DNA from: an uncultured bacterium
GTDB lineage: Bacteria > Auribacterota > JACPWU01
DNA length: 32,000 nt
NCBI GenBank assembly: GCA_964640155.1
Contig: CAZXEQ010000008.1
Span: forward strand, 30,001-62,000
Direction of reading: 5' to 3'
Part shown: positions 26,606 through 32,000 of the stretch, piece after piece
Layout: the number at the start of each line of letters is the position of its first letter
How positions within the stretch are numbered: the stretch's first letter is position 1
The notes under the pieces: model-generated
What the model was told of the DNA's origin: nothing
Databases searched by the model: none
The model's input: the letters and a program-made list of their open reading frames with translations, nothing else
Program-made: the position numbers and the translations under genes

Positions 26606-28207
26606 ATGACAAAGCAAATAAAAATCTACGACACAACATTAAGAGATGGCGCTCAGGCAGCTGAGATCACATTCTCCGGAACCGACAAACTTTTGATTGT
26701 AGAGAAACTGGATGATTTTGGCATTCCTTATATCGAAGGAGGATGGCCGGGATCTTCTCCTAAAGAAGTTAACTTTTTTAAAGAAGCAAAAAAACTTAAG
26801 CTTAAAAATGCAAAGCTTGTTGCATTTGGTAGCACAAGAAAACTAAATAGCTCTGCAGCCTCAGATCCTCAAATCAAAGCTTTGCTGGATGCAGATACTC
26901 CTGCTGTTACCATTTTCGGAAAAAGTTGGACATTGCATGTTGAAAAAATTTTAGGTGCCACATGGGATGAAAATCTTGCCATGATTCATGACTCAGTTAA
27001 ATTCTTAAAGAGTCATGACAGAGAAGTAACTTATGATGCAGAGCATTTTTTTGATGGCTATCAGGATAATCCAGAATATGCCTTAAAAACTTTAAAAGCA
27101 GCCGAAGAAGCTGGGGCAAATTATATTGCCCTATGTGATACAAATGGTGGAACTTTGACCTCTCGACTTTTTGAAATCATTCAAAAGGTGCGTAAAGAAA
27201 TCAAAGCTCCTTTGGGGATTCATGTTCATAATGATGCAGGCTTAGCTGTTGCAAATTCTGTCATAGCTGTTGAGGCTGGAGTCATTCAAGTGCAGGGTAC
27301 CATCAATGGTTATGGCGAGCGCTGTGGTAACGCCAATCTTTGTAGTATTATCCCTAATTTACAGCTTAAGTTAGGATATTCCTGTTTAGCCGAGAACAAG
27401 CTAAAACATTTATCGGAATTATCACGATTTGTAGATGAATTGGCTAATCTTCGTCATGATGAGCGTGCACCTTATGTAGGCGCACATGCCTTTGCTCATA
27501 AAGGTGGAACCCATGTTCATGCCGTTCAAAAAGTCACAAAAAGTTTTGAGCATATTGAACCCGAATTAGTGGGAAATCAACGAAGAATTCTTGTCTCAGA
27601 AATGGCCGGGAAAAGCAATATTATGGTCAAAGCCATTGAATTAGGAGTGGATTTAACAAAAGAAGATCAAAATCCTGAGGTTCGAAAAATTGTTCAGGAA
27701 CTTAAAAAACTTGAGCATGAAGGCTATGAATATGAAGCAGCTGAAGCTTCTTTTAAATTGCTCATGCGAAAGGTTCTTAAAAAGCATAAAAACTTTTTTG
27801 AATTGGAAGGTTTTCGTGTCATCATCGAAAAACAAGGCAATGGAAAACCTCGTTCAGAAGCAACAATCAGAGTAAAAGTGGATGGTGTTTGCGAGCATAC
27901 TGCAGCTGAAGGGGATGGACCTGTGAATGCCTTAGACAACGCGCTCAGAAAAGCCTTGATGAGTTTCTATCCATCACTTGCCAATGTTCATCTTCAGGAT
28001 TTTAAAGTTCGTGTGCTAGATGCCAAAGCAGGAACTGGTGCCAAAGTACGTGTTTTGATTGAGACCAAGGATGATCAAGATATGTGGGGAACAGTGGGTG
28101 TAAGTGAGAATATCATTGAAGCCTCCTGGGAAGCCTTGGTGGACAGTCTCGAATATAAGCTTTTGAAGGATGAAGAAAAGAGCAAAAAGATGAGTGGTTT
28201 GGCTTAA
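26606..28207 (+). CDS. cimA: (R)-citramalate synthase (long LeuA/CimA-family enzyme with a C-terminal regulatory domain)
   Basis: 533 aa. Motifs: [39 protein letters not shown], and a C-terminal LeuA-dimer-like domain. Distinguishing CimA from LeuA rests on the GGWPG-type N-terminus and the length, so it is less certain than the family call. Confidence 0.75.
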   Translation: MTKQIKIYDTTLRDGAQAAEITFSGTDKLLIVEKLDDFGIPYIEGGWPGSSPKEVNFFKEAKKLKLKNAKLVAFGSTRKLNSSAASDPQIKALLDADTPAVTIFGKSWTLHVEKILGATWDENLAMIHDSVKFLKSHDREVTYDAEHFFDGYQDNPEYALKTLKAAEEAGANYIALCDTNGGTLTSRLFEIIQKVRKEIKAPLGIHVHNDAGLAVANSVIAVEAGVIQVQGTINGYGERCGNANLCSIIPNLQLKLGYSCLAENKLKHLSELSRFVDELANLRHDERAPYVGAHAFAHKGGTHVHAVQKVTKSFEHIEPELVGNQRRILVSEMAGKSNIMVKAIELGVDLTKEDQNPEVRKIVQELKKLEHEGYEYEAAEASFKLLMRKVLKKHKNFFELEGFRVIIEKQGNGKPRSEATIRVKVDGVCEHTAAEGDGPVNALDNALRKALMSFYPSLANVHLQDFKVRVLDAKAGTGAKVRVLIETKDDQDMWGTVGVSENIIEASWEALVDSLEYKLLKDEEKSKKMSGLA

Positions 28208-28393
28208 TGCGATTTCTTCGCAAATAAGTTTCTTATCTTTTTTCTAAAAAAATTGTTTTTTGTTTACCTTTTCTTGACTAGCTCATCTACCTGTAATAAG
28301 CTTGCCACTAAGATTGTTAAATAAAACAAACTTGTAGCAAATTAAGAGCACTCTCCTTAAAAATGGCTAATCTGTAATAAGTCATTACAACTT

Positions 28394-31300
28394 ATGGAGG
28401 ATAACAATTTGTTACGGAGAATTATTGTTGGCTTATTAATTTTTTCTTTAAGCCTGGATATCACTGGTATTAGTGTAAAAAGGCAACTTCAGGCTCAAGT
28501 CCTCCCTCTGTCCAATCCTCAAAAAGCAGGAACTTCATTAGGAATTGATTCTTTAGATCTTAAAGATATGCAGCTAGAAAAAACCTTTAAAGGATCTCTG
28601 CCTTTTCAAATTATTCTTATTCGAGATATTCATGCCGAACCAGAAGCCCAATTCAAGATTGCGGATTCACTCAAAGAAATATGTAAACAATTATCTGCTA
28701 AAGTATTTATTGAGGGGGCCTCTGGGGTTGTTCGTCCTTTATTATATCAATCTTTTCCCGATAAGAATATTCGGCGTAAAGCTAGTAAGACCTTTGTTGA
28801 AAAAGGTTATTTAACTGGGGCTGAATTTGCAGCTATTGAAATGGGTTTACAGAGTAATTTAAAAATTTACGGTGTTGAGAATATTAATCTTTACATCAAG
28901 AATTTAAAGGCTTTTTGGAAAACTCGCCAATTACACAAAAAAAATGAAACTATGATTGAGAGAATAGAAGTTTCTTTAAAAGAACTTAAAGACAAGTGCT
29001 TCTCTTTAGAACTCCAAAAACTTGATTTTATGGAGAAATCTCTAAATGATAAAAATTTTAATTTAAAAGAAATCATCGGCTCATTAGAACCGCTTTTATT
29101 CAAAGAAGGATGGGTTTGGGATAAGTGGAAAAATCTTGCTCAAGTGTATGAGATTTTAAAAACAGGAGAGAGCATAAATCAAAACGCTGTCCAGGAGGAG
29201 TTACAACTTTTATTTAAAGAACTTGAGAAAAAACTTCCCAAAAATCAATTGCAACAGCTTGTGGAAAGTGGACTGACTTATCGGTTAGGAAGGATTTCTG
29301 CATTTGAGTATTTTGAGGATTTAGAAAAAATAGTAAAAACTCAAATGTCTTTAGAAATCTTTGACCGGAAATATCCTCATTTAGAAAAATGGAAACAATT
29401 AAGCTTAAAACAGGAGAAATTTAATTTTTCAAAAGCACAGGAAGAACTTCAAGATCTTATAAACGCTCTCTTTGAAAAGATATCCACACGAGAGGGTGTA
29501 ATAGAATTGAGGAATTTGGATAAGGTTTGGTTTTTGTTTCAGAAGTTGGTTTTACTTAAGTTGTCGAAAGGAGATTTTACAGAAATAAAAAAATGGAATT
29601 TGGAAGAGAATTTTGATCAGTGGCATCATCAACTCATAAAATTAAACGATGTTTCTGTGGTTTTATCTTTGTTCGATATTCAGAGTTTTAAAGAGCTTTT
29701 GCAAACGGCTGAGAGTTTTTATGGGTATGCACAAAAAAGAGATCAGGTGTTAATCAATAATACATTGAAGAGATTGTCTAAGTCCGATGAGGTAGGAGTT
29801 TTAATTACGGGAGGTTTTCATACAGATGGAATTCAACAAGAGCTGGAAAAAGAAAAAATTTCTTATGTTACATGGACGCCACAAATTAGAAATTTTTCCA
29901 AAGAGAATTTTTATGAAAAAATTATGATGGATAGAAGTTTTAATCTTGAAGAGGCCTTTTCCTCAAAACGTTTTATTTTGAGGGATAATTCTGATGAACT
30001 TCGACGCATGCTAGGAATTCCTGTGGATAAAGTATTAAAAGTACTAAACCAGAAAGCATATACACAATTAGATCAAGAAATCTTAGAAGGTTTATTAAGA
30101 GAAGCTGATGAAACCAGAATCGGAACAATCAATGAAACAGTTTCTTCTTGGATGAGAGAAAGGAGACTTGCTCCTGACTGTGATGCTCTAGAAGTAGAAC
30201 GTGTAGCTCTTGCATCTGAAAGATATGCACCTGCAGAGGTTTTTTTATCATTGACCCGCTTAGATAGCAGCAGTCATTGGGAAAGAATTTTAGCTAAGCG
30301 TGTTGTTCGTGAAGCTTTTGGTGGAAGCAAAAAATATGAAGGGCTTGTCTATTTAACTGAAACGATGATGAAGAAAAGCCATCAAGCAACTCAAGCAATT
30401 GTAATAAAAGTCATTCGGAAAATGATGGATGAAGTTCAGATTTTTTTAAAAGAACAAAAAAAGGAAAAAGCCGAAGAAAAAGTGCTGATGGCTTTAGACC
30501 TTCTTATCTATTTTCTTCAGCGCTCTAGAAGTTATTTTGTGCCTTCTTATCTTCTTAAAGAAGTTTTATTGAGAATTAAATCTGATCCAATGAAAGATTT
30601 AGGCCCGGCTTGTTTTGAAAAAATAGCGCCCATGATTGTAGAGATGGAGAGATATTTGCCGAGTGCGTTTTGGATGAGAGAAGCAGTTTGGATGAATCAC
30701 ATTGAACTTATCAAAGCTATAATGAGGCAAGAACAAAAGGCATTGCTGGATGAGAGAGTAGCGTTGTACGAAAGGGCTGGGCTATATCTTTCTGGTTTTT
30801 TAAATGAGATCAAAAAGCTTGCACAAGAGGGTCATCTCAAAGAAGCCTTAGCGCTTTTTGATCTTGTTTTTTTAGAAAATGATTTTAAAGAAGGTGACTT
30901 TTTAAAAGAAATTCAAAAAGTAAAATCTTTTTTAGAAGCTAGAAAACGTTTGCCTGATTTAAGAATGCAGCTATTAGATGCTTCAAAAATTTTTAAAGAA
31001 GGATTAATGATAAAAGATTTTTCAGAAAGTACAGTTACTTTTGAAGAGGTGTTGAGTTTATATCATTCTTCTCAAGTTCTCATGAGGGAGGCTCAATTAG
31101 ATTCTTTTGAAATAAAATTAGGGAATCGTTCTTTTATTTATACTCCTGTGATGCTCGAGGATAGAATTAGCTTGCTCGAGAACTTGATCCATTTTGAAAA
31201 TGCAATTGTAAAGTGGGATGGAACTCAAGTAGAGCATTTTATAGGAGTTCTAAAGAAATGTTTTGAAAAAACGAAACTTTCAGATGAAGAACGTTTAGGA

Positions 31301-32000
31301 TTTGAAAGATTATATGCAGAATATCAACTCATAGCAGAGATTCGCTTGCAAATTATGCAAGGTGATCTTCCCCGGGCGATCAGTCGTATATCATCGCTTC
31401 AAAACGCTGCACAAGCGCTGCCTCTGGCGCAGTTTTTTTATGAGCACTTGTTTGTTCATTTAAAACAGAAATTAACGGATGCTGTTCAAAATTCTGAAGC
31501 TGTTGGGAAAGCATTATTAGAACTTGATGAGCTATTTGCAATCAGATTGCCGGGTCCAGTACCCGCTTCTCTTTATGCTGATATGAGCCTTTTGGAAGAA
31601 CGCTTAAAATCAATCAAGAAGGCTTATAAACTTTATCAGGAAACACTTGAATTAATTGAAAGAGAAGAATTTGAGGGAGTGGAGCAAAATGCTGAGCGGA
31701 TTTCAAGAATATCAACGATCTGGGCCAAGATACTACGTGCAAAATTGGTTGATGAAAAAAATATCTTCAATGCGAAGATTCAAGAGAGATTAGATGAGTA
31801 TTGGAAGAAGGGGGAAGAGGCTTTTAAGAGAGTTTTAACGGTAGAAACAGAGCGGAAGTTTGACAAAGAAGCTTTGCAAACAGCTTTGGAAAATTATTCT
31901 CTTTTACTAAAAGAGAACTCTAAAAATCGGTCTTTAAAAATTGAAAGATCTAAGATTGTTTTGAAGCGTAATTTGATTCAAGCGTTTTTAAAAATTGATG
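28394..32000 (+). CDS. giant exported protein of unknown function, paralog 2 of the 9836 ORF (3' end beyond the window)
   Basis: Hand translation stays open from 28394 to the window end (more than 1200 codons). The track shows no competing long ORF in any frame here. N-terminus: MEDNNLLRRIIVGLLIFSLSLDITGISV. Motifs: ILIRDIH(80)AEPEAQ, KVFIE(107)GASG, VLITGGFH(476)TDGI. After that comes a long helical, repeat-like region. The true start may be TTG 28409, because GGAGG (28396-28400) lies 8 nt upstream of it. Confidence 0.85.
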   Translation, partial: MEDNNLLRRIIVGLLIFSLSLDITGISVKRQLQAQVLPLSNPQKAGTSLGIDSLDLKDMQLEKTFKGSLPFQIILIRDIHAEPEAQFKIADSLKEICKQLSAKVFIEGASGVVRPLLYQSFPDKNIRRKASKTFVEKGYLTGAEFAAIEMGLQSNLKIYGVENINLYIKNLKAFWKTRQLHKKNETMIERIEVSLKELKDKCFSLELQKLDFMEKSLNDKNFNLKEIIGSLEPLLFKEGWVWDKWKNLAQVYEILKTGESINQNAVQEELQLLFKELEKKLPKNQLQQLVESGLTYRLGRISAFEYFEDLEKIVKTQMSLEIFDRKYPHLEKWKQLSLKQEKFNFSKAQEELQDLINALFEKISTREGVIELRNLDKVWFLFQKLVLLKLSKGDFTEIKKWNLEENFDQWHHQLIKLNDVSVVLSLFDIQSFKELLQTAESFYGYAQKRDQVLINNTLKRLSKSDEVGVLITGGFHTDGIQQELEKEKISYVTWTPQIRNFSKENFYEKIMMDRSFNLEEAFSSKRFILRDNSDELRRMLGIPVDKVLKVLNQKAYTQLDQEILEGLLREADETRIGTINETVSSWMRERRLAPDCDALEVERVALASERYAPAEVFLSLTRLDSSSHWERILAKRVVREAFGGSKKYEGLVYLTETMMKKSHQATQAIVIKVIRKMMDEVQIFLKEQKKEKAEEKVLMALDLLIYFLQRSRSYFVPSYLLKEVLLRIKSDPMKDLGPACFEKIAPMIVEMERYLPSAFWMREAVWMNHIELIKAIMRQEQKALLDERVALYERAGLYLSGFLNEIKKLAQEGHLKEALALFDLVFLENDFKEGDFLKEIQKVKSFLEARKRLPDLRMQLLDASKIFKEGLMIKDFSESTVTFEEVLSLYHSSQVLMREAQLDSFEIKLGNRSFIYTPVMLEDRISLLENLIHFENAIVKWDGTQVEHFIGVLKKCFEKTKLSDEERLGFERLYAEYQLIAEIRLQIMQGDLPRAISRISSLQNAAQALPLAQFFYEHLFVHLKQKLTDAVQNSEAVGKALLELDELFAIRLPGPVPASLYADMSLLEERLKSIKKAYKLYQETLELIEREEFEGVEQNAERISRISTIWAKILRAKLVDEKNIFNAKIQERLDEYWKKGEEAFKRVLTVETERKFDKEALQTALENYSLLLKENSKNRSLKIERSKIVLKRNLIQAFLKID

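Noticed and set aside
28209-28243. Possible rho-independent terminator after cimA: GCGA-TTTCT-TCGC, then ATAAG-TTT-CTTAT followed by CTTTTTT
   Set aside because: The stems are only 4-5 bp and AT-rich, which is too weak to call. It might still contribute to termination.
28274-28299. TTGACT -35-like hexamer upstream of paralog 2
   Set aside because: The best -10-like hexamer (TAATAA, 28294-28299) is only 14 nt away, and no acceptable -10 exists at 16-18 nt.
28632-29103. Track ORFs 28632-28814 (+) and 28891-29103 (-)
   Set aside because: Both lie inside the long open frame of giant paralog 2, which is homologous to the 9836 ORF across this very stretch.
1-32000. Mobile elements, CRISPR arrays and defence-system hallmarks
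   Set aside because: I saw no transposase, integrase or Cas-like ORF, no regularly spaced repeat array, and no terminal inverted repeats. The only mobile-element-like signal is the tRNA-Pro 3'-end duplication reported above.

Overview
This is an AT-rich bacterial chromosomal segment. It contains no rRNA, so I make no taxonomic call. The minus strand from 9408 to 1 carries a complete nine-gene V/A-type ATPase operon in the order H/G-like, I, K, E, C, F, A, B, D. It is followed almost without gaps by a HIT-family hydrolase and a membrane-anchored double zinc-ribbon protein that runs off the window. The plus strand carries, in order: a 1105-aa exported/membrane protein of unknown function (9836-13153), secA, lnt, prfB with the classical CTT TGA C +1 frameshift, tRNA-Pro(GGG) and a secreted hypothetical protein. 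Next comes a B12-type radical SAM enzyme on the minus strand. The plus strand then continues with a 1-Cys-type peroxiredoxin, hom-thrC-aspartate kinase-citramalate synthase, and a second giant ORF (28394 to beyond 32000). That ORF is absent from the ORF track because it has no stop in the window. Two things deserve a second look. First, the two giant ORFs are paralogs. They share an N-terminal module with a TraB/GumN/Tiki-like His...Glu...His signature at identical spacing, split by a very long helical insertion, and no function is obvious. Second, a perfect 36-nt duplication of the 3' part of tRNA-Pro brackets a 258-nt segment that folds into an unusually dense set of perfect helices. This could be an unclassified structured RNA, a relic of a tRNA-targeting integrative element, or both. 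I saw no CRISPR array and no transposase or integrase ORF. All functional calls come from motif recognition by eye, and no database search was run.
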